This document shows, piece by piece, positions 27,898-39,890 of a stretch of DNA of 64,000 nucleotides. Numbering within the stretch: the first letter of the stretch is position 1; each line of letters opens with the position of its first letter. The position numbers were made by a program, and so were the translations under genes. The stretch is from assembly GCA_035084275.1 (NCBI GenBank), contig CM068749.1, forward strand, positions 12,958,001 through 13,022,000. Reading direction: 5' to 3'. The notes below the pieces were generated by a model. The model had not been told where the DNA came from, ran no database searches, and worked only from the letters and a program-made list of their open reading frames with translations. The DNA comes from Hydrolagus colliei (taxonomy: Eukaryota).

Positions 27898-28856
27898 AGA
27901 CATAAGGCGAGGAAACACCAGTTTTTTTTAATATCCAACCGATCTACTTTCTCTGGAAGAGTCTAATTTGAATTGCTTTGATAAACCTTGACAGACTCAG
28001 AAATCCTGACGCTGGGTGGGTCTTGGGAGGTGCATGATACATTGAAGATAAATTATTTCGGATTATTAATGTTCCTGGAAATGCATCAGTGAGTTTTGAA
28101 GTGCACCTGCTTGAGCAAAGGCAGTCAAAAAAAACTATTGTTATCAAGCACCAAGTTCAACATTTGTATTCTTTCACTGAAATCGTCTCGTCTACTTTCA
28201 ATTGTTTTCTTTCCCCCCAGCGCAGCGTTTTCATCCTGAGTTTTAAAGGGGTTTTTTTAGAAGAAAAAAAGTATGTTTTTTACTTAAGAAAAATACAAGT
28301 ACTGTACCGTACTCGGGAAACAGTAAATGTTCATTGGCAACATTTCCTATAACAGTATAGGATAATCTGGTGTGAGCCAAAGTGAGGATAATATTTAATC
28401 GAGCAATGTGCTGACATCTCCGAGCCCTGAGAGCTATCTGCTGTGTTGTGTCTGTTAATAACTGGACACAAATAGCTTCGGTCCGAGTCGTTCACTTTGC
28501 CAAAGGATCAAAAGAGACAAATAGGTAGGTTTCTTTTTCCCCCCGAAACAATTAAGATAAATAGCCCGAGCATTGTCTCGGTGTGAGATGAGACGGAGCC
28601 CGAAAATGACAATACAGTCAGTATAAATAACCCTTTTTGTCGTGTTTGTCGGTGCATCAAAAAACACCAAATACAAATAAATTTTAAGTGAGATGACTAT
28701 CTTATCACTGGCCTGCGTTGGGCACGTGTGGATCTGTAGATAATGCCAGACTGTATTAATGTAATGATTGAGTACTGCCAGGCAGAACGTTTGCTTATTT
28801 CATTATGCAAATATATTTTTTCTAGGTATTGTTGGTTTATTAATGGCTGGCTGGCT

Positions 28857-28993
28857 NNNNNNNNNNNNNNNNNNNNNNNNNNNNNNNNNNNNNNNNNNNN
28901 NNNNNNNNNNNNNNNNNNNNNNNNNNNNNNNNNNNNNNNNNNNNNNNNNNNNNNNNNNNNNNNNNNNNNNNNNNNNNNNNNNNNNNNNNNNNN
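28857..28993. other. Assembly gap (137 N) flanked by (GGCT)n and (GATA)n-like repeats
   Basis: Run of N. Confidence 0.99.
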
Positions 28994-29410
28994 ATAGATG
29001 GATAGACGGATAGATAGTTAGATAGTTATAGGCGGCTGACAGACACTGTAGAAGTTGCATTGCTTACTTGTGTCGTAACAATACAGATTTGCCCTGCAAT
29101 GCAATTATATACGAAGGTGTCGAATCTCGAGTCAGTTAACTCTGATCCCTCTCAAAATAACTTGTCTGTCTAGTTACTCTTCAGTGTCGTGCCTTGGCAT
29201 TGTGTTCTTCTACGTGTGTGTGTATATATATACATATTTAATGCCCGGAGAGAAAAAGAGCTGATAAGTAAAATACAAGTAACGTGATGTAAGCCTAGAA
29301 GAGTGGGCGAGTAGATAGCAATAATTACATTTTGCCCGGGTGGTTTTATTCTTGGCTCCACCGGATTTGTTGGCGGATTCCCGAGAGTTGGATGTAATGT
29401 ATTGGCGGAT

Positions 29411-29456
29411 ACAGAAAGAGAAAGAGAGAGAGAGAGGGAGAGAGAAAGAGAAAGAG
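29411..29456. repeat. (GA)n-rich microsatellite
   Basis: Direct. Further (GA/CT)n tracts at about 31416-31441, 32440-32460 and 35850-35871. Confidence 0.95.
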
Positions 29457-30816
29457 ATCTGCCCAAGTATGCGAGCTAGCTGTCAAGAGCCGGGGAAAGA
29501 ATAGCCTGGCAGTATTAATGACCCGTCTCTTGTCAGGGGGACAATGTGAGTTTAAAATGGACTAGAAGTATAACACGGGGTAGTGTTACACTTCTAGTCC
29601 TGCTGACGGCCAACGCATGAGGTGATCTGCCTGGAATATGGAGCGCACTGAGCTCCCCTTGAATAATATGAATCGTTCTTATCGAACACACGCACACACA
29701 CACACACCAGAGTGGGTTAATATCAAAGGTTAATTGCCACAAACAGCCCACAGCCCACAGCCCAGCCATCTTTCGGAACTTGGAAATGGACATTTGTGGG
29801 GGAAAAGTATATTTCACCGAATGTATTAAGCGCACACAGAGTCGCGGTTTGAATGGGACGGGGTGCGTGTCCTCCTTACATTACAGGGATAAAGTGTGAA
29901 GCGTACAATGAATACTTCATCTGCGCCTGTCATGTATACTTCGGTGTCTTCGCTGCCGCCAAGAAACCAGGGACATCAAGAAGAAGGGGATGTCATTACC
30001 AATGGAATCGAGACGACGGGCGTTATTTATTTGTAAGCAACACCCAATAACTACATTGGTGTCAAGTTTGAGAAGAGGACACATCTGCACACGCTGCTGT
30101 TTGCTCTAACTCAGGAGAAGCTGCCTGCCAAGAGTTATAAAGGTATATCACACACAACCGCCCCACGTCAGGGGACACCCTGATACTTGGTAAAGGTCTT
30201 TCTGTGTCCAGGTTGCGGCGTTAGTTAGATGGGGGGGGGGGGGGGGGGGATACTGAAAGTGAAACAAGCATCTCTTGAATGAAATGGGAACTTTCGGCTC
30301 AAATCCTAATTCATAACTTGAGTTGGGTTAATTCAAGTGATCGCTACAGGACCATTGATCTTGTCTTTATTATTTGTGGGGGGGGGGGGGCGGAGGGGTG
30401 TATGGGGGTGGGGGGGGGGGGGGGGGGGATGCAGATTGCGATAGAGAAATCTTAGAAGTATTGCCCTGATAGCCAGAACTTCCATTTCAAATGGTAAAAG
30501 CGCCAGTGAGATACCAGGTGTGAAAAAGATTATGCGGATTTTCTGCTCCTCTTAGGACAAGGCGTCTCAGCGGCTTGTAGTTTAATAAATGACTTAACTT
30601 CGGCCCGTTTCCAGTCGAAGGAAACCTCCCAGGACGTGTGAACCGTTCAGATTTAGTTTTGGATTTTAGGGTAAACAACCATGTTGGATTGGCTGTACAC
30701 GTGTGCAACTAAAACCTTTCGCATTCCGTGTGTCATCACTATCATATTTTAGGCTAATATCGTGTTACATTTCAGAAATGCCGCTAACATTAAAAAGTGC
30801 CTTTATGATTAATCAA

Positions 30817-30861
30817 ACACACACACACCTGAGTGTAAAACACACACACACACACACACAC
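30817..30861. repeat. (CA)n microsatellites, each followed by cctgagt
   Basis: Direct. Further (CA/TG)n tracts near 29686, 31135, 32300, 35113, 36136, 36601 and 46410. Confidence 0.95.
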
Positions 30862-31416
30862 GCCTGAGTTTTGGAGTTTCCAGATCGTTTTTTTTGTCAA
30901 GTTCTCACAATACTCACGGAGACACATTGAGAGGGAGGGATAGGGAACCGTTCCCTTGCTCTAACCTCAGCTTCCCTGGAACACAGTCTTGACATGGATC
31001 AGCCAATGTGGGATATTCAGCACCTGCACTTTCCCTTCCGTACCTGTTCAGTAACTACTGCCGCCTCTCCTAACGCGAGACGTTCATTCCATCTCTACAG
31101 ATACAGTCCATACATACATACATACCCACCTACATACACACACACACACACACATACAGAATTACAACTGCTCGTTTGAGAGCTGCGGCGAGGCTTTCGC
31201 GTAGATTTAGACACGGAGATGTTCCGTTTAGAGTCACTCCAGATGTGATCAACCTATTTACATTAGCACCCGCTCGCCTCGAGTCAAACCAGCACCACCA
31301 ACAACAACAACAACAGAATGCTTCTTCAGAGATTTGTTCCCACGAGTCTGGCAGACGGATTACAGCGGTGGCCACTGACCTGCGATCAATAGGATCGCGT
31401 AGAGTGAAGGTAGTGG

Positions 31417-31449
<33 letters not shown>

Positions 31450-32080
31450 AGGCAGTAAGTATTTTTTATTATGATTTGATTTTCTAATCTCCTATTCCAG
31501 GAGGAATGTTAATATGTTCAGTCGGTGTGTTTGGGGGTGTTGATGTTTGTGTGATGGGGAGTGGGGGGGGGGGGGGGGGGGGGAGAGGAGAGAGGGAGGA
31601 GCTGGTTGGTTGGCAATGCTTTCTCACTGGTTTACCTAAAGTGCTGATAGGCTCGGTGAGCTAGTCCATTGGACGTTTCGCTCCCAAGTCGTCGCCAGTT
31701 GATCAAGGGCTGGGAAAGCGCGGGTGAGTGAGGAGGAATATGGGGAGGTTCGAACTTCCCACACAACCCGTGCAGTCCACACCACACCAGAATTAGCCAC
31801 TGTGCCCAGCCCGACCCAGGGAAATGACGAGCCCACCTCGTAGGTAAAAAAAAATCATGTACTAAAACAAAACACCCTTGTCGATCTCTCAGTGTGTGTG
31901 TGTGTGCTTTGATGCTCGATCCAGCTTTGCAGCTTCTCTTTTAAGTCAATATTGCTCAAGTCACCTCCCCCCTCCCGGCTAGCTGTTAACCCCGGCTCAG
32001 GTCCTCTCTTTTCTGTTTCGCCCCCTGGATGAAGTATCGCCCTCCCACCCCCACACACCCAGCTCCCACCTTACCCCACT

Positions 32081-32108
32081 CCCCCCCCCCCCCCCCCCCC
32101 CCCCCCCC
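32081..32108. repeat. C28 homopolymer, the longest of about 11 G/C runs of 13 nt or more in 30.2-37.3 kb
   Basis: Direct. Confidence 0.95.
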
Positions 32109-32110
32109 AG

Positions 32111-32213
32111 CCTCTTCAAGTGTCACGCCGCCCCCCAGGCAAAGGCAGAATACACCGGTGTTTGTGGCTGGAATCGTGTGGGGAACGGGATCAGATGCCG
32201 GAAACTACGCGCG
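32111..32213 (+). CDS. nr5a2: nr5a2 N-terminal exon (homologue of human exon 2). The 3' end is well defined; the 5' boundary and start codon are uncertain (first in-frame ATG at 32195).
   Basis: GGG GAA CGG GAT CAG ATG CCG GAA ACT ACG CGC G|GTAAGC reads GERDQMPETTR, similar to GEQGQMPENMQ of vertebrate NR5A2 as I recall it. It ends in a strong phase-1 donor at 32214. A poly-C tract plus AG at 32109-32110 is a possible acceptor. Confidence 0.7.
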
Positions 32214-35200
32214 GTAAGCGAAGCGAGCGTCTCGTGTCGAATGATCCGGAGTTATTGATTTTATTTCAATGAACGAGTTCTTTGGGAACATACCGATAGT
32301 GTGTGTAAGTGTCTGTGTGTGTGTATATGTGTGTGTATATGTGTGTGTGTATGTCTGCGTCCAGTGATAAACAGCGCGTGTTGGAAGTGTACATGGAACA
32401 GTTTAAAGATGTGTCTCAAGTATCAAGTACCGGCGTGTACTCTCTCTCTCTCTCTCTCTCTTTTTTCTACTTTGAACATGGGCGTGCAATGCTAATGAGG
32501 TGTACAAGTGTGACCTGGGCTATTGGGACAATCGGTGTGACTTGGGACCCGATTTAGCGACTGGCGTGAAATGATTAGAGGCAATTCACGGGTGTTTGAC
32601 GGGTGGCGATTAGAATAGAATTGTGTGTGCGGCGATTTGTACCCTCAGCTGCGATAAGCCTGGAGAGCAACCTTCTTTATTGCAATCTCATGTGTTTGGA
32701 GTATGTTATACACATGTATGCTATCGTATCTATATATGGTATAGATCATATATGTTATATATAGACGCGTAATCAGCAGGAAATTAAAGTGACAGCTAAG
32801 CTAAACTCCAGACAAACCGTTTGCAAAAGGCTGCAGCCTGTTTTAGAGCATTTAAACACATTGGGCTAGTGGGTCACTTTGGCAAATGTTTTACCAGTCG
32901 AGGAGAATCCTGCTTCGGGGTGAGGGGGGGGGGGGGGGGGGGAGGGAGGGTTGTGAGTTAGCGGATGGTAGTGTTTGTGTTGTTTACTGAAAAGCGGATA
33001 AACTTACATGTCCCATTTCCCAACAACAGCAGAGAGAGAGAGAGATAGAGATACGTTCTGACGTAGCTACAGAAAGTGTAGACGTTTGATTTATTCCAAA
33101 GGTGGTTAGAATTTGTTGACAGCAAAAGCTGATGTGAAGAGGTTCAAACTGACTGTTTCCTGGTGTGTGTGTGTGTGGGGGGGGGGGGGGGATGGGGAGT
33201 TTTTCTGAGTTCAAAAATCGAGTTAAATGTTTTATTTCCCTGACTCAGAAAAAAAATCTACTCCACGTCTGATTGCCAAGATAGAACCCACCAATCAGAA
33301 TACAACAGGCTTCGCATCTGTAACTTTGTTGAGAGAATAAAAATATCGAATTCGATATTAACCGTTGACTTAAAGCGGGGTTTTTTTTCCTTCTAAAATA
33401 CAAACTTGAAATACTTTTAAATTAAAGTAAAAGTCAAGAACCCCCGCCCCCCCATCCCCTCCTCATGTTAGACGTTACAGATGTTTGAAAAGTACTGCAA
33501 TCATTTTATTATTTTTCTTACTTTAAAAACTCTGTCCACACTGTCAAAAGGGGGAGAGGGAGAATGGCAACATTTGCCGAGTCACTGTTTCTCGAGTTTC
33601 GTAAAGATAAGATATATCTGGCGATTGGTATGACTAGCGATTAGCTTCCCCCACCCACGTGAAATGCTGTAACTAACTATCCGGTCTCTGTACTACATTG
33701 TGAACTGCACTATTGAATGGCTGGATATTGCAACTCCCATCGGCTCTTTTCTATCTATCTTTCCATCTTTCTATCTATCTGAGGAGGAGTGAGTATTTAT
33801 GGTACGAAAGGTAACAAGTGGGTTCCATCGAGTTGCATTCCTGCACTGTGCAGAACGCGCTCCACTTTTACGTGGAACGATTGTTTTTTCGCCCTCAAAA
33901 TGAAATGTTTCAACTCATCTTTCCCCTCGTCCAAAATGTCTCGAGTAAATGAGCGGTGGAAAGCGCCCCCCGACACCGCGAATTTTAACTTGCTGTTACA
34001 TTAACCGCTTTGGACATTCCTGCTTTAGATACTTCTCTCAATATTCAGGAGGCTTTCCGACTCCAATCCCAAGTTGAAATGTATCACACGCACTGTCTCG
34101 GACATTCTGCACGACGCGTTTCAGTTACAGTTCCTAAACTGTCTCGTGTGTGCATTTGTTTTGCCGTTTGGAAACACACTGCGCTGGGTTTGAATCGCAC
34201 TGAGGCTATTTTGAGTTGACAGATCAGATCAGACTCTCGGTTCATGTCAACTAAAATATGCTAAAAAGTCACACCTCTGGTTAAAAAATAGCCAGGTATC
34301 TATCTACTCGTTTTACCTGAAACGCTCATAGCTACAGTGTTTAAGTGACTATTCGCTTTGGATAATTGAGTCCAACAAACATTCGGCTTGATCTCTCCCC
34401 CCACCCACCCCCAGTGAGAGACTTTACAACACAGCTGTTTAATTCTGTTCCGCTGCAGCACCAGTGAGTGCACGTGTCTGTTAATCCAACAACTTTAATT
34501 CAGAATGGTTACAATACCCATAAAAATAACAAGATACAGAAATAGCCCGTTCAAAATTGTTCTGGAAATAGAACAAGAGAACAAACGGTGGGAGCCGGAG
34601 CGGGGTTAGCAGCGCATTTAAAGCCAGCGGAATTGCCTTGTGTTATTATAGAGCGTGTGGCTCTGTGGCCCGGGCCGAAAACTATTAGACTGGAGTTACT
34701 TGATAAATACTTGGGAGTTCTCTTACACATGTGTGTCCCCAAATATAAAAAAAAATCAAGCTGACCAGATGAAAGGCGTCACCTGTCCTACAATCCGTTG
34801 CCTTTGTTCATACTTAAACAGCTCTTCGGTTTCTTAAGAATCCAGCGTCAGGGATATATTTTTGTGTGTGTGTGAAATTGCTTGGGGAGGGGGTGTGGAG
34901 GTGGGGGGGGGGGGGGAAGAAAAAAAGCCACAACTTTACACGGCGCCTTTCAGAAAGCATTTTAAAAGAATGTGAACTTTTAAACTGTCAACACTGCCCG
35001 GAGCCCCGAGCAAAGGATTAGACAGTTTGCCATCAGATTTTTCAGTAATTACCAACGCCATCGAAACACTTTCATCTGTATTAAAATTGCACACAACTGC
35101 CCCCCCCCCACCCCACACACACACACACACAAATAAGAACGAAGCGCCGCAATGCTAAGTGTGCGTTTTCCGCACCTTTTAGAGGAAAATATTCGCGATA

Positions 35201-35924
35201 TTGGGAGACTGTTCAATAGTTGTTTTTCTTCTTTCCCAATGATCAGTTTCGGGTCAATTTCAAGCATTCAAAGCAACCACCCGTTGGTTTCAAGTGTGCT
35301 GCTACGGGTTTCGCGAGAGATTTTATTCGGGTGGAATAAGAGCAATTTAATAAAGCCTCCATAAGTATAGTTTTGTTTCACAATAAAAGGGGGGAATAAA
35401 TGTATCTCGACGAGAGCAATTAAACATAAAGGAAGCAATACACTTATTATTACGACTGTGGATTATATATTGAACAGAACTCCCATCAAACTCCATAGGA
35501 AACGAGATATTCCTGATTCTAATGGCGCAGGGCGAAGATTTTTGAATATCCTCGGCAGGACAAGGAACAGATTCTCTAGTTGCAGGTTCTCGTTAAAATC
35601 TAGCTCGACTCCCCCGTGCCCCCCTCAACCTTCCCCTTGTAGGTTAAAGGACCGGCGGCCAATCCGCCAATGAACTAAATGCCAGACAATTGTGGGCAAT
35701 GCTGCATTGCAAAATAGACCAGAGAATAAATATTGCCCCCCCCCCCCCCCCTTCCGCTCCAGAACTGCGAGCTTTATACCTCCTCCCACAACCTTGTGAG
35801 CTCTGTAGTTCTGCCTTACTATAGACTGCAGCTTTTCAGTGGGCAGTGGGAGAGAGAGAGAGAGAGAGAGACGTAAAGGTGAGGAGATTTGGCAGCTTTT
35901 GCTGAACTTGTTTTGCCCCCCCCA

Positions 35925-36124
35925 NNNNNNNNNNNNNNNNNNNNNNNNNNNNNNNNNNNNNNNNNNNNNNNNNNNNNNNNNNNNNNNNNNNNNNNNNNNN
36001 NNNNNNNNNNNNNNNNNNNNNNNNNNNNNNNNNNNNNNNNNNNNNNNNNNNNNNNNNNNNNNNNNNNNNNNNNNNNNNNNNNNNNNNNNNNNNNNNNNNN
36101 NNNNNNNNNNNNNNNNNNNNNNNN
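35925..36124. other. Assembly gap (200 N), probably containing the first zinc-finger exon of nr5a2
   Basis: Run of N directly preceded by an acceptor-like ctgaacttgttttgccccccccca. Confidence 0.95.
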
Positions 36125-36895
36125 TCCCCCCCTCCACACACACACACACACACTGACTAGGTGATTGAGGATATTGATATTGCTTGCATTAGGACTGTGT
36201 GTGTGTGTATCTCACTATCGCCCAGGACACGGTTCCATCGCATCTCACAAACGTTTCAAACCGGTCTGAAAAAGAAAGAAAAGGATATGTTTAAATTTGG
36301 AGAGCGATCTCCACCCACTTCCCCTCCCCCCCCCCCCCCCCCCCCCCCCCACTCCCTCTCTCTCCCTTCCCTCCCAAACCCCCTCTCTCCAAAAAAAAAG
36401 CCCAACTGACAAACTTGTGAAGAATTACCAACTTGTGAAGCGTTTATTTTTTGTCGCATTTGCTTAAATCGGCTTTGTTGATCACACCTCAGCTCAGTAA
36501 CAATCCCACCATCCGAACCGAGTCCAGATAGATCTGTGACCGTGTTACAATTCCGATTTACAAAACTCAAATGACGCTTTCTTTCTATTTTTTTTCACGG
36601 ACACACACACACACACACACACACACGTGAGGATTATTTCATCGATTTTTGACAAGCGCGATGCTTCGGAAAACTGATTAAATCTGCAGTGATTAACGCC
36701 CTTTATTGCTTTAGATGTCTTTGGTACAGGATTAACTTTCAGGCAGAAACGCCAGGCAGTTTGGAGGGCGTGTGGATGCGCTCTCGTAAAGTTTTCCAAA
36801 GTGGTGGTGGTGGGGGGCGGGTGGGGGAGGAAGGAAATCATTGCTTTCTCATCACTCACATAGAGCATTTTTTCCCCCTCCCCCTCCTCTTTTAG

Positions 36896-37037
36896 GGGTT
36901 CTTCAAACGCACAGTGCAAAATAACAAAAGGTACACTTGTATAGAAAACCAGAACTGTCAGATCGATAAAACTCAGAGGAAACGGTGTCCCTACTGTCGC
37001 TTTCAGAAATGCCTGAGCGTTGGAATGAAGTTGGAAG
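36896..37037 (+). CDS. nr5a2: nr5a2 exon encoding the second C4 zinc finger of the DNA-binding domain (142 bp)
   Basis: Polypyrimidine tract and ttttag acceptor, then [47 protein letters not shown], then G|GTAAGC donor. The peptide matches NR5A2, and the phase-1 end joins correctly to the next exon (G+CT = Ala). Confidence 0.98.
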
Positions 37038-39067
37038 GTAAGCACGATTTCCATTGTATTTTTTCTCTCGCTGGTCTTTTATTTGGGTGGATGGGTGGGT
37101 TCAGGAAAACAAGGCAACATGTACACTAGAGATGGCGGTACAAGGTTGTATCAGACGTCCACCTGTTAAATAATGCAAATAAAGTCAACGTTTGTACATC
37201 TGTAAATGAAAAATTATGACAATTGTAGTGTTACTTTATAGATGTTTCAGTATGTGCTTGTTTGGTCTACAAGGAAAGTGGGGGGGGGGGGGGGGGGGGG
37301 GGTTGGAGAGGAGGCTCCCTACGCTATGTTTAGTTGTTCAGCATTTAGAAACATCTGTGATGTATTTTAAATAGTTACAGCAGTCTTACAATATATACAA
37401 TGTAAGTTAAAGCTTTTCAACAAGTTAAAGAAACGGGTCCATTTAAATGAAAATGGATTCAAATTGTATCACATTTTCTATTAGCTTAAATAACTTTGCA
37501 GTCTCATTCTTTCTCAAAAAGTGTGAGTTTTTAAAAAATATATATACCTTGAATCAAACGTATGTTCCCATTAAAAAGTTGTAGAAATAATTGGTTACAT
37601 TTGCATTAAGTTTAAATATATAGGTAGGGGCTCATTTATTGTCCAAGGTTTGGATTGCAGGTTGACCTATTGACATAGAATACAAAATTACGAGATGTCT
37701 CGAAGATGTGATAAGGCGCTATATCAAATACATGGATATTATTATTCATATAGTACCTTTCACATAGTGGTTACCCAAGAACGGAAAACTATGCTTCTGC
37801 AGTTATTTACAAAGTGTTTGATTGATAATATAATATGTCCCAATATCTGAAATATAATCTTAGTTTAAAAATAATTTAAATTTTAGCTCAGGTGTTTTTG
37901 CAAATGTATCTTCCTGGATATGTCATATATATATTGTGATGATCAGCTGTTGATAGCTCATAAAAACATTAGCACTAGCCAAATTTTTTATACATATTGT
38001 AGTTTGCCTTTCCAGCACTATTTTTCATTTGATCATACTATTTCAGAACAGCTTCAATATTCCTTCAGTGACATTGGGTGGTAGTTGAATGTTCACTGAA
38101 CGTTTGTTGTAGTAGTTTTTTTGCAATTAATTATGAATAACATAACCACTTTCTTTTGTTGTGGACTGCTAACATTTAGCATAATTCAGCTAAATGACAA
38201 TTCTTAGTGAATACATTTTTGTATAAACTGAATTCACCTATTGTACCATCGAGTAATATACAATATAATACAATAGTGACAAGGATTTCATCGCAGATGC
38301 ACATATCTGGAATATTTCAGCGGGTGTGAATCTGTGTGCACTACTTTTTAAAAAAAAATTATATTATTTGTTAATTGTAGCAATAGAATTTATTTTACTG
38401 ATTTAACTAATTCCAAAATTAGCAAACCATGCTGAACATGTACAGTTTGCCAATCTAAGGGTGTCTGTTTTCTATTGTATCATTTTTGTTTAGAAGCTAG
38501 AATTCTGTTCTGAAGTACTAGCTTGCAAAACCTACAGAGATGCTTTTCAACATCTAAAGATTTTAAATTTGGAAACCCCCAAATTATGAATGAAAATGAA
38601 GTGAATATAGAAAGAGAGATAAGGATGTAGTTTAAACATTAAAAAATTATTTTTGGAAATTAAATTTAAAAAACTACAATTTGTCAATGAGAATTAGCTC
38701 ATAAATCACTGTCATTTCAAATCCTAGTAGAAGCTAAATTCATTTTGCATTGACTTTCTGTTTCATTCCACTTTAACCATCTTCCAATTCTGCTGCCTCA
38801 TGCATCAAATCAGAAAAAATACTCTTGATCATTTTGTATTATCTATGTTCGCATTATGCTACTTCAATACTGTTTCATTTCACTACACTGTGTGTTACTC
38901 CGCAGCTTTTTCTGTTGCTCTGTCATTCCCATCATTACTGTAAGGAAGATAGAAGAGAAAGCCATTCAGAGCACAAAGTCCAATCTTCTGTACCCTACTG
39001 TCCACCTGATAATACCCACCTTATCTCTTTGAATAAATTCTTCATAGATATTTCTAAGACTCGAGTT

Positions 39068-39350
39068 NNNNNNNNNNNNNNNNNNNNNNNNNNNNNNNNN
39101 NNNNNNNNNNNNNNNNNNNNNNNNNNNNNNNNNNNNNNNNNNNNNNNNNNNNNNNNNNNNNNNNNNNNNNNNNNNNNNNNNNNNNNNNNNNNNNNNNNNN
39201 NNNNNNNNNNNNNNNNNNNNNNNNNNNNNNNNNNNNNNNNNNNNNNNNNNNNNNNNNNNNNNNNNNNNNNNNNNNNNNNNNNNNNNNNNNNNNNNNNNNN
39301 NNNNNNNNNNNNNNNNNNNNNNNNNNNNNNNNNNNNNNNNNNNNNNNNNN
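39068..39350. other. Assembly gap (283 N)
   Basis: Run of N. Confidence 0.99.
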
Positions 39351-39559
39351 CAAGGTAATACTTAAACCTTTCAATTTTGAAGAATTAGCAATGTTCTTAA
39401 ATTACGTAATAATCAATGAAGCTATCAAAACTTTTGCAGGGAATTTTTCGGGTATTCACTATTCTACAAAACAAAATGCTTGGATCATTAGTCTAACTTG
39501 AGGCTGCTTAAATTGAAAATGTTACTCTTTTGTTCTACTCTCATGAAGCAAGTCTGACA

Positions 39560-39890
39560 GTCTGCTTAGATTTGTATCACCCTATGCCTTACACTATTTT
39601 AAATACCTGGATCAAGGCCTCTCATTCTTTTTTCTCTAATGAAACATTTTCAGCTCTGCAAACGTCTCCTTAAGTATCAGAATAATCTTGGTAACTCTTT
39701 TCTGAACCCTCTGCCATTTTTCAATATTTCTCCGAAGGTAGGATAATCAAAAATGTAAGCAATATTCTTCTGAACGTGGCTTCAGCAATGATTTGTAGAA
39801 GAATATATAACTTCTTTTGATTCTTAATCAAATGCTCTCAAGATGAAACGTAGTGTTTGATAAGTTTTGTTGATAGCCACTTCATATTGA
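39560..39890 (-). mobile_element. CR1-clade LINE ORF2 fragment, decayed
   Basis: Minus strand gives LRFILRAFD*ESKEVI, LLQIIAE/LYKSLLKPR and EYCLHF pieces across frameshifts, resembling the CR1 motif [26 protein letters not shown]. Confidence 0.65.

Larger units (their letters stand above)
28200..37300. promoter_or_regulatory. CpG-enriched, transposon-free domain around the nr5a2 5' exons (CpG-island-like promoter region)
   Basis: CG dinucleotides are visibly more frequent than in the flanks. No recognisable SINE/LINE between about 27900 and 37680. CCAAT motifs occur, and CCGCCCCACGTCA lies near 30158-30170. Confidence 0.65.

Noticed and set aside
31176-31487. 103-aa ORF with a poly-Gln stretch as an alternative nr5a2 N-terminus
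   Set aside because: It starts at TTG, the polyQ and (ER)n come from microsatellites, and it has no NR5A similarity.
32411-32430. gtgtctcaag (VSQ..) as the start of the missing zinc-finger exon
   Set aside because: Similarity ends after three codons, with no acceptor and no CPVCGD motif.
34757-34780. ADQMKG resembling the LBD exon start VDDQMKL
   Set aside because: It lies upstream of the DBD exon and the similarity does not continue.
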